Below are positions 1 through 7,363 of a stretch of DNA of 64,000 nt, one piece after another. Source of the DNA: a candidate division FCPU426 bacterium. GTDB taxonomy: Bacteria; Oederibacteriota; Muellerivitia; Muellerivitales; Muellerivitaceae. The stretch is from NCBI GenBank assembly GCA_963771075.1, contig CAVYSE010000011.1, forward strand, positions 448,001 through 512,000, written 5' to 3'. Position 1 is the stretch's first letter, and each line of letters begins with the position of its first letter. Under the pieces are notes generated by a model. That model was not told the DNA's origin. It did not search any database and saw only the letters and a program-made list of their open reading frames with translations. The position numbers and the translations under genes were made by a program.

Positions 1-1
1 T

Positions 2-268
2 TTGGTCGATACCGGGAAAACCCTCTTGGCGGTGCGGAAAAACCTGCTGCAAATGGGGGCGCGGGAAGTGAAAACGGCCGTAGCCTTGAACAAGAACGCG
101 GCTAACCGGGGGACGGCCGATCTTGCGGCGCTCGACCTCGGCCTTACCCCCGAGCACCTGCGCTTGAAGGGCCTGAAAGACCTTTGGGTTTACGGATACG
201 GCATGGATTGGAACGGTCTTCACCGGGAAGACCCGGCCATTGGGGCGTTGGAAATTAAGAAACTATAA
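2..268 (+). CDS. hpt: Hypoxanthine phosphoribosyltransferase, C-terminal part (5' truncated by window)
   Basis: PRPP-binding VDTGKTL and C-terminal VYGYGMD...R..P.I motif typical of HPRT. Confidence 0.8.
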   Translation: MVDTGKTLLAVRKNLLQMGAREVKTAVALNKNAANRGTADLAALDLGLTPEHLRLKGLKDLWVYGYGMDWNGLHREDPAIGALEIKKL

Positions 269-308
269 CTAAACCTAATTTCACCACAGGCCGCCTTTGG
301 CGGCCACA

Positions 309-379
309 TGCCGACCTTCTATAAACCCATTAAGGAGGTCGGTATAGTCCAGCTATCTTTGGCCCTAAGGGCCAAAGGG
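309..379 (+). mobile_element. 71-bp two-hairpin cassette, divergent copy 1
   Basis: Flanked by ACA on both sides; stems atgccgacc/ggtcggtat and ctttggccc/gggccaaag; same layout as 391-462 and 63917-63988. Confidence 0.65.
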
Positions 380-390
380 ACAGAGGCACA

Positions 391-462
391 TGCCGACCAT
401 CCATGAGACATTAAATGGGGTCGGTATTGTCCCGATTTCTTTCGCCTTTTGGGCGAAAGGGG
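391..462 (+). mobile_element. 72-bp two-hairpin cassette, copy 2
   Basis: Flanked by ACA; 3 mismatches to the copy at 63917-63988. Confidence 0.75.
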
Positions 463-600
463 ACAGAAAAAAGCCTTTCTAAACTCAAGGAATCTTAAAC
501 CAATTGTCCGGGTTTACTCTGTGTCTCCGTGTCTCTGTGGTAAATATCGGGTTTTGTTAGAGATTCTAAGTAGGGTTTGAAAAGAGGGAGGGGTTCCCGG

Positions 601-984
601 TTAATCCTCAATGTATTTCTCGTCGAAGTCATAGCCGATGGTTTTGGGGTCAAGGCCGTGGCTCTTTGCGTATTTTTCCTTGGCGGCGGTATGCTCGAAG
701 GACCGCTTGAGCCGCTCGGATTCGACCTTTTGGAAGTCCTCCGGTTTTAACTGGCCCATCTCCCGGATGCCGTCGGCCGTGAGGTAGGCCAGCCCCGCCG
801 GAAAGGTGAATTCGACCAGCCGGTTGATCTTCATGATTCGCAAGGTTTCCTGGAGGATTCCTTTTTTCAGCCAGCATGATTTGCCCAGGCTTTCCAGGGA
901 CAAGCAATAGGGTTTGATTTTGATGTTTTCGTTCGGAAGTTTTTTGAAGTTGTACAAAATGGTTTTTTTGACGAGTTCGTCCAT
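601..984 (-). CDS. Hypothetical protein (alternative start 1020)
   Basis: ORF downstream of pilD, AAGGA upstream of ATG 984; no recognised motif. Confidence 0.55.
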   Translation of the reverse strand: MDELVKKTILYNFKKLPNENIKIKPYCLSLESLGKSCWLKKGILQETLRIMKINRLVEFTFPAGLAYLTADGIREMGQLKPEDFQKVESERLKRSFEHTAAKEKYAKSHGLDPKTIGYDFDEKYIED

Positions 985-1062
985 TTTGCCGTCTTCCTTC
1001 TGCCCGTAATCAACAGCCATCGATTTGAAACTCCCGGGGGTTACGCGGAAATCTTTGAGGTC

Positions 1063-1878
1063 CTAACGGAACGATAACCAAAAACTTAAGCCCGTATTGG
1101 GCCAAAGGGCCGTCAAAACGCATCCCATGCAGAGGAAGGGGCCGTAGGGCAGGGGCGTCTTGGATTTCAGCCTTCCGGCCAGGATCAACCCGCCGCCCCA
1201 AAGCCCGCTAATCAAGGAGCCCAGGAAAAGGCCGTCCAGGACCCCCTGCCATCCCAGCACCATACCCAGGGCGCCCAAAAGCTTGATATCCCCGCCGCCC
1301 AGGGCGTCCTTGCCCAAGATCCAGGTGCCCAGCCAGCCGAAAATAAAAAGGATCCCGGCGCCGGTGAAAAAGCCCGTCAGCATATCCACCAGACGGGCAT
1401 CCCAACGGCTTCCCAGCCATGGATTCCAGGGGGCGTAAAGGGTGGCCGCCGCCATCATCGGAAAGACGATGGCGTTGGGCAGGAGCATGGTCCGCGCGTC
1501 AATGGAGGAGAGAAGCACGCAAAATCCCACCAGGACCAGGAAACCGGCCAGCCTTACCGGCTCGGTTTGGAATTGATGGGCGGAAAGGGCGAATAAGAGG
1601 CCGGTCACGATTTCCACCAGGGGATACTGCAGGGAGATCGGGTTGCGACAGGACCGGCACCGGCCCCGTAAAAAAAGGAAACTGAGGATAGGGATATTCT
1701 CATGCCAGGAAAGGCCATGGCCGCATTGGGGGCAGCGGGAAGGGGGGCGGACGATGGAAAGGCCCTCCGGGATCCGAAAGGAGCAGACGTTCAGGAAACT
1801 GCCCACGCAGGCGCCGATCCCGAAATAAAAGAATAGGCCCAGGGACTGATAGAAAAGGATCCAAGCGTTGGGGTCCAC
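1063..1878 (-). CDS. pilD: Prepilin peptidase / N-methyltransferase (peptidase A24)
   Basis: GSFLNV, two CxxC pairs (RCPQC, CRSC), GGGDIKL aspartyl motif, PYGPFL, multiple TMs. Confidence 0.95.
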   Translation of the reverse strand: MDPNAWILFYQSLGLFFYFGIGACVGSFLNVCSFRIPEGLSIVRPPSRCPQCGHGLSWHENIPILSFLFLRGRCRSCRNPISLQYPLVEIVTGLLFALSAHQFQTEPVRLAGFLVLVGFCVLLSSIDARTMLLPNAIVFPMMAAATLYAPWNPWLGSRWDARLVDMLTGFFTGAGILFIFGWLGTWILGKDALGGGDIKLLGALGMVLGWQGVLDGLFLGSLISGLWGGGLILAGRLKSKTPLPYGPFLCMGCVLTALWPNTGLSFWLSFR

Positions 1879-1963
1879 AAGCCCTCCGGCGAAATTTCCG
1901 TCCGCGACAAAAGAATGTTAGCACATTCCCACCCGGCGGCGGTGCGGCGGAAGGGGTCTTCTC

Positions 1964-4159
1964 CTATTCGCTTAAAGCGCCGAAAGCTCCGTTGGGAACG
2001 ATCTCGGCTTTTTCCTCCCCCGGTTTTTGCCAGTAAAGGTTCAGCCCCCAGGTGCTCCGTCCCCCCGGGTTTTGGTAGGTGACTTGGATGGGGTGTTTCC
2101 CCCTGTTCAAGAATACCGTCGCGCGGCTCCCGCCGACCGGAATCCGTTCTTTCCCATCCAAATCGAGGGAAGCGTCGGACCAGGTGGTAAGGAATAGGCC
2201 ATAGGACCCGGTGAGGGGTATTTCCAAAGTCCCTTTCCAAAGGATAAAGGGAGCCTTTAGGGGAAGGGAGCCTTCATTGGTGAAATTCAACATGGGGTCG
2301 CGGTGCACCAGGGCGGGAGGGTCCAGGGTGCCGGGGTTCATATAGTAATAACCCGTCAAACCCCGGGGCACCAGCTGGTCGGCGGGTATGCCTTGCTTCT
2401 TCACCAGTTCCCCTTTGGGCACGAGATAGAGCCGCATGGATAGCTCGCCGGCCGGGTCGTACTGGGTTTCAATCCTGCCGCCTGGATAAAGGTTTTGAAT
2501 TAAGTTCAATAGGCCGTCCCGGGTCGACTCGAGAAAATAAGCCTTTCCCAATCCATTGGGGTTGGCGGGGCAGGCCAGGTCTTCCGGTACCCGCAAAAGG
2601 TGGACATGGGTCCGGTGGAAGTAACTTAAGAACCGCAGGCTGTAGGTTTGCTCGTAATAGGGGGAGAAATAAAGGTCGTAAGCGCCGCCATATTGGGCGC
2701 ATTTTTGGCCCACGAAAGTTTCCTCCGCGTCGTACTGCTCAAAGGCGTCCGCGCTGGCCGCTTGGGCGCCGAAATAGAGGTCGAAATTTTGATAGGCGAT
2801 GAAGGCGAGAGTGGCCAGCCCCGGAAGGAAAAAGAGGGATCGAAGAAGGAGCGGACGAACGCCGGCCGCCTTTTCCCAAAGGACGTTCAGGGGCAGGGAG
2901 GCCAGGAGCGCGACCAGGGGGGTCAGGGCCAGCAGTCGATTGGCGTGGGCGGCGTTGACGGAAAACACACCGGGAAGGCTCATGACGAGAAACCCCGTCA
3001 GTGCGAAAAAGGAAACCTTTTTCCAGGGTGTGAGGAAGGATAGAAGGAATCCGAAGAAGAAAAGAACGCCTGTGCCGTCATCCAGCATGCGGTGGAGGGG
3101 CAGGTTATGCCGGGAAAGGGGGTCGCCCTGATAGTGGAACATGAGCGCGGTCTTCTTGAGGTTGTCCCAGAGGGGTGAGAGATTGTCCGCCTCCTCGATC
3201 TTGGAAAGAATGGAAATGGAATCCTCCCGGCCGCCCATGCCCGAAAGGGCCAGGTTGTGCCGGAGAAAGGGCACGCAAAGCAGCAGGGCGAGCAGGCCGA
3301 ACCCCAGCAATTGTTTCCAACGGGCGAGGAGGACCGGGCGGTACCGGACCAGCGTGAAAAGCCCCAAAAGCAGGAGCCAAAGGGGAAAGGCCTTGTAGGC
3401 CTGATAGGTATAGAAGCCCAGCCCGAAGAAACAGGCCGAAAGGGCAAAGGCCCATCTTTTTCCCGTCCGCAGGCCCAGCAGGAGAAAGGCCAGGGTTCCG
3501 AAGATGTAGAAGGGAACTTGGATCGTGGGAAATCCATTGCGGCTGAATATCAGGTTCCAGCGCATGACCGCCAGGAGGAAAAGACTCAGGAGGGCCGCGC
3601 GGGCCCCGGCCAATTCGCGGATCGTCCAGTAAACCAGGGGCAGGGTGGCCAGGGACAATAGGGCGAAAAAGAGGAAGAGGGTGAATCGGCCGGCGGGAAC
3701 GAAGCAGAACCATCCGGCCAGTTGGTACAAAAGATAGGCGGGGTTCTGGAAAACATCGAATTCCCAGGTTGGCCGGAAGCCTTCATAAAGGATGCGCAGA
3801 GCCGACCAGCCCTCATACCCCTGGTCCACAAAGATGCCGGGAGGGAGGGAATCCAGCCGGTAGATGCGGTAAAAGCCCGCCAGGAGCATGAGACAGGCGA
3901 AAAGAAACCGCTCGACGTTCACCGAAAGGGGAGGCGGAGCCGCGGGTGGCGTGGAAAGGGCGTAGCGGCTAAAAAGAAAAGCCGCGGTGAAATAGAGAAG
4001 CCACCATCCGACGCCGGGCAGGTCCGTCGCTTGGGCGATCGTTCCCTGTGCCAGGGCAGCCAATACAAAGGCCGTGAGGGGGAGGAGAAAACCGAGGTTG
4101 GAACGTAAGCTTGGAATCAAAAAAGCCTTCCAGGATCCACTTAGGATATAAGACGACAA
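1964..4159 (-). CDS. GT-C (ArnT/PMT_2-like) membrane glycosyltransferase with C-terminal PA14 domain
   Basis: LDSLPPGIFVD motif, many TMs; C-terminal GLTGYYY..RDP.LNF..WKGTLEIP..GSY typical of PA14; start codon uncertain. Confidence 0.8.
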   Translation of the reverse strand: MSSYILSGSWKAFLIPSLRSNLGFLLPLTAFVLAALAQGTIAQATDLPGVGWWLLYFTAAFLFSRYALSTPPAAPPPLSVNVERFLFACLMLLAGFYRIYRLDSLPPGIFVDQGYEGWSALRILYEGFRPTWEFDVFQNPAYLLYQLAGWFCFVPAGRFTLFLFFALLSLATLPLVYWTIRELAGARAALLSLFLLAVMRWNLIFSRNGFPTIQVPFYIFGTLAFLLLGLRTGKRWAFALSACFFGLGFYTYQAYKAFPLWLLLLGLFTLVRYRPVLLARWKQLLGFGLLALLLCVPFLRHNLALSGMGGREDSISILSKIEEADNLSPLWDNLKKTALMFHYQGDPLSRHNLPLHRMLDDGTGVLFFFGFLLSFLTPWKKVSFFALTGFLVMSLPGVFSVNAAHANRLLALTPLVALLASLPLNVLWEKAAGVRPLLLRSLFFLPGLATLAFIAYQNFDLYFGAQAASADAFEQYDAEETFVGQKCAQYGGAYDLYFSPYYEQTYSLRFLSYFHRTHVHLLRVPEDLACPANPNGLGKAYFLESTRDGLLNLIQNLYPGGRIETQYDPAGELSMRLYLVPKGELVKKQGIPADQLVPRGLTGYYYMNPGTLDPPALVHRDPMLNFTNEGSLPLKAPFILWKGTLEIPLTGSYGLFLTTWSDASLDLDGKERIPVGGSRATVFLNRGKHPIQVTYQNPGGRSTWGLNLYWQKPGEEKAEIVPNGAFGALSE

Positions 4160-4203
4160 CCCAAGTTAGAATTTAGCCACAGATTCGTGGGATTCATAGG
4201 ATA

Positions 4204-4333
4204 TAACCTCTGAAAAAGTCGGCTTTGCGGCCTTTTTCAGGAAGGCTAACAAGGTAACCCCACGATTTCCTGCGGAAATCTTTGGGATCGAGACCTCTGT
4301 TTGTCGCTCTTTTAGATTTTTTCAGATGTCTCA
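4204..4333. mobile_element. 130-bp MITE-like element, copy 1
   Basis: Colinear, highly similar copy at 39254-39383; terminal inverted repeat tctgaaaaa...tttttcaga; no ORF. Confidence 0.7.
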
Positions 4334-4391
4334 GGATAAAACTCCCGGATAGGCGTCCCAGCCGAAGGCTGGGCAAGCGCAGCTTAAAAAC

Positions 4392-4428
4392 AAAAAAGGG
4401 GCCGATGATTAGATCATGGGCCCCTTTT
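4392..4428 (-). terminator. Rho-independent terminator of the GT2 gene
   Basis: aggggcc...ggcccc stem preceded by A-tract on + (U-tract on -). Confidence 0.65.
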
Positions 4429-4441
4429 CCGCAAGCGAAGG

Positions 4442-5449
4442 TTATTTCAGGCTGGCGAGGCCCTTTTCGGCGGCGAGTTTGTTGGCCAAGGCCGCGTTGC
4501 GCTTGACCGCCTGCTCCAAGCACATCTTAGCCAGGCCCAGTTCGTTCTCGCGGAACATGGTCACGGCTTCCTTGACGTAGAACTTGGCGCGGATATCGTT
4601 GGCCTGGGTTTCGTTGATGGCCCCGCGTTTCGTGGCCAGCTCGATGGCCTTTTCCACGCCCGCGGCGTCGACACGGCACTTGGTCTCGTAGAATTTCGAC
4701 TTGCCACCCTCCCGGCTGCGGGAGGCCGACCCCTGCGTGTTCTGGGGGATGCGGTAGTTGGTGGGTGTGAGGGGAGTGAACACGAATTCCGCCCCGCTGG
4801 CCGAGTAGCAAAGCCAGGCGTAGTAATCCTCGCTGGCCTTCTCCCCGGGGAAGGGGATGTCCCGGGCGATACCGGTCAGGACCGAGGTGGTGGAGGTGAG
4901 GTTGGTGTAGCCGGCCTCGGAGCAGATGCTGATCCAGGCGTCCTTGCCCTGGGGCGGGTTGCTGTGGGATTCCAAAATCTCCACGATCGACTGGGAGCAC
5001 TTGTGGTAGGGCGTGGGCTTCCCGTTCTCGTTGATCACGTTGAAGGTGCTGTAAACCACCCCGGCGTTGGGATTCTTCTTGAAGATGTCGCGGACCACTT
5101 CCACCCGCCAGGCGTGGGTCAGGTCGTCGGCGTCGATAAAGACGATGAAGGGGTATTTTTGCTCGTAAGCGTACTGGATGGCCACGTTGCGGGCGTGGCC
5201 CGGGCCGTCCGAGTGGTCCATGAAAATGGCCTTGAGCTTGCCCTTGAAATCTTTTTCCAGCTTCCTCAAATAGTCCTTCGCCTCGGCCGAGGGGGAGTTC
5301 CCGTCGGCGATAAGGACGACCCAGTTGGGATCGGTTTGAAGGAGGATGCGCTCCAAGGTTTCATCAAGCCACTTGCGTTCCATTTCGGAACCTTGGCTCC
5401 AATGGGGAATCACAAACGCGGCGGGACCATCCAGATTGAATTTTTCCAT
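4442..5449 (-). CDS. Glycosyltransferase family 2 (GT-A)
   Basis: AFVIP, IADGNS, GPGHARN, FIDADD DxD motif, SEDY; start chosen at ATG 5449 after AAGGA. Confidence 0.85.
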   Translation of the reverse strand: MEKFNLDGPAAFVIPHWSQGSEMERKWLDETLERILLQTDPNWVVLIADGNSPSAEAKDYLRKLEKDFKGKLKAIFMDHSDGPGHARNVAIQYAYEQKYPFIVFIDADDLTHAWRVEVVRDIFKKNPNAGVVYSTFNVINENGKPTPYHKCSQSIVEILESHSNPPQGKDAWISICSEAGYTNLTSTTSVLTGIARDIPFPGEKASEDYYAWLCYSASGAEFVFTPLTPTNYRIPQNTQGSASRSREGGKSKFYETKCRVDAAGVEKAIELATKRGAINETQANDIRAKFYVKEAVTMFRENELGLAKMCLEQAVKRNAALANKLAAEKGLASLK

Positions 5450-5671
5450 TTCCTTGGCCTTTATTGCGGATTGAGGTGACGACAACAGGGCGCATTATAT
5501 CGAAAAGTCGTTTTAACGTTGGAAAAACGATAAAAACCACCCAAAGGGGGAGAGGCTCGGAGAAACACGATTAAGAACCAATAGAACCCTGAAAATAAAC
5601 AAGAATTAATAAACCTTGTCCCCGTGATTAAAAAGGTGTTGTTGCCGGCTCTTAATGGATTCTATGGGCAC

Positions 5672-5703
5672 AAAAAAAGCCGCCCCGTTTTGAGGGGGCG
5701 GCT
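5672..5703 (-). terminator. Rho-independent terminator after the YncE-type gene
   Basis: gccgcccc/ggggcggc stem with A7 on + strand. Confidence 0.8.
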
Positions 5704-5717
5704 CGTTCAGTCCATCT

Positions 5718-6761
5718 TTACTTTCCTACCACCAGCAGGTGAAAGGTTCCCGGAACTGGTTTCCGGTGTGGCTTGGGGTCGTCTTTTGTGGGGGTCGGCG
5801 GAGGTTGCATTTGGGCGGTCATCAAAACGATATGGCCGGTTTTGGAATCCAGCGCCAGGGTCCGGGCGCCCAATTCCGTTGGAAATTGCTCGACCAGCGT
5901 ATACTTATTGGGCGAGTCCTCATGGATGACCGTCAGGGTGGCATCGCCATTGGAGCTGAACACGTTGCCCGTGGCGGGATCAAAGGCGGTCCCATCTACC
6001 CGCTCGCCGATGGGCAGGGTCTGGATCACTTTCCCGTTCTTCGCGTTCATCACCACCAGGTTCTTGTTGTGACAGCCGGAAAAGAGACGATTGTTCTTTA
6101 CGTCCATGGAAAGGCCGGAGGGAGACTCACCGGGAGCCAGGGGCCATGTCTTGAGAATCTTCATGGTTTTGGCGTCGATCTTAAGGACCACGCTTTGGGT
6201 CTCCAGGTTATCGAAAATGAACCCTTTGCCGTTGGAGACGGCTACCTCGGGCCCCCCGTCCAGGGCCACGGTGGTTACCGCTTTGTCGGTGGCGGGATCA
6301 ATCACGGTGCAATTGTGGCTGTCGCCGTTAAAGGTCAGGATATGTTTTGTGGCGGGGTCATAAATAATGACGTCCGCGTCTTTAGAGTCGGGGATCTCGG
6401 CGAGGCGCTTGAAAGTCTTCAAGTCAAAAACTACCACGCTGCCGGGAACGCCGCTGGTGGCGTAGCCCTTGCCCAGGTCGGGCAAGAATACCACTCCGTG
6501 GGGATGGGGCACGTTCTCGACGGTTCCCAGCAGGGTCAAGGCGTCCGCGTCGACCACCTGCACGCTGTTGTCATGGGTGAGGTAGATCCGCCGATTGTCG
6601 CTGTCGACGGTCAGGAAATCCCATCCGCCGTCGCCTGGAAGCGAAATTTTTTGGATAATTTTGTACCCGCTCTTCCCGGTTTCCTGCGCACGGGCACCAC
6701 TCGCCCCTAACGCTAGGCCCACCACCAGCCCCAACATGCCTATAACCTTGAACTGATTCAT
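5718..6761 (-). CDS. Secreted YVTN/YncE-family beta-propeller protein
   Basis: Signal peptide; GDGGWDFLTVD, PHGV, repeated propeller blades, GARTLALD. Confidence 0.85.
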   Translation of the reverse strand: MNQFKVIGMLGLVVGLALGASGARAQETGKSGYKIIQKISLPGDGGWDFLTVDSDNRRIYLTHDNSVQVVDADALTLLGTVENVPHPHGVVFLPDLGKGYATSGVPGSVVVFDLKTFKRLAEIPDSKDADVIIYDPATKHILTFNGDSHNCTVIDPATDKAVTTVALDGGPEVAVSNGKGFIFDNLETQSVVLKIDAKTMKILKTWPLAPGESPSGLSMDVKNNRLFSGCHNKNLVVMNAKNGKVIQTLPIGERVDGTAFDPATGNVFSSNGDATLTVIHEDSPNKYTLVEQFPTELGARTLALDSKTGHIVLMTAQMQPPPTPTKDDPKPHRKPVPGTFHLLVVGK

Positions 6762-6926
6762 TACGGCCCTCCGTGTTTAATTAATCGATCAACGTTAAGC
6801 TGACTTCAATTTTCTTTTCCTAACCAAGACAACTATTAGACGGTTCGAATCAAATTTCGGATTTCCCCTAGGTCGAAAAAATTTGTTCCTGGCGGCGACA
6901 TTATCTGCACTTATTCAACCCTGGGA

Positions 6927-6944
6927 GTGACGGCAAAGTTACAA
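6927..6944 (-). promoter_or_regulatory. OmpR-family tandem box upstream of the YncE-type gene
   Basis: Minus strand TTGTAAC-TTTG-CCGTCAC, 11-bp period. Confidence 0.45.
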
Positions 6945-7178
6945 TTCATTTTCAACATCGTGGAGTAAATGATAATGGAATCTTTTTCCCTTCCGACAAA
7001 TTTGTGTTATGGGCGGTACTTCCTACTGATTGATCCTCCCTTTAGGCTTGTTATGAGACCATGTCATGTATGAACAAGGAAAAGGGGTAACAACGAATAA
7101 TCCTGAGTTATTCGTGAATCGATAATGTTGATTCCCTTGAAATTACGAAGCATTTTAATTTTTGTAACTGTCATGACA

Positions 7179-7216
7179 ATGACGGGCAGATGACGATTTT
7201 GTCAGCTTATCGTAAC
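7179..7216 (+). promoter_or_regulatory. CusR/CopR-like (or Pho-like) operator upstream of the TBDR
   Basis: ATGAC-N6-ATGAC-N6-GTCAG-N6-GTAAC; core ATGACGATTTTGTCAG resembles the CusR box. Confidence 0.6.
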
Positions 7217-7363
7217 GCCCAATTTATGTCATCGAAACACTCGGAGTAATGAAAGGCATTAAATTCTCCCGCGACTCAAGGCGTCTTTAAAAAATTCGCC
7301 GGATGTCCATTTTTGGAATCCCTGAAAGTGATTCCAACCATTAGTACGAGAAAGGGAGTTTTT

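Larger units (their letters stand above)
283..545. repeat. REP-like inverted repeat (ACCACAGAG-type arms) carrying nested hairpin insertions
   Basis: Left arm accaca..acagaggcaca..acag interrupted by inserts at 289-305, 309-379 and 391-462; right arm ctctgtgtctccgtgtctctgtggt at 517-541. Confidence 0.8.

Noticed and set aside
286..470. CRISPR array
   Set aside because: Units are 71-72 bp structured repeats without unique spacers; no cas genes in the window
5739..6710. Long antisense or alternate-frame ORFs (also 19700-20977, 28976-29899, 16468-17400, 36103-37035 and others)
   Set aside because: Shadow ORFs of GC-rich genes with no motifs
6960..7135. Fur boxes or a cobalamin riboswitch upstream of the TBDR
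   Set aside because: Only isolated GATAAT hexamers (6971, 7121) without the palindromic partner; no B12-box motifs recognised
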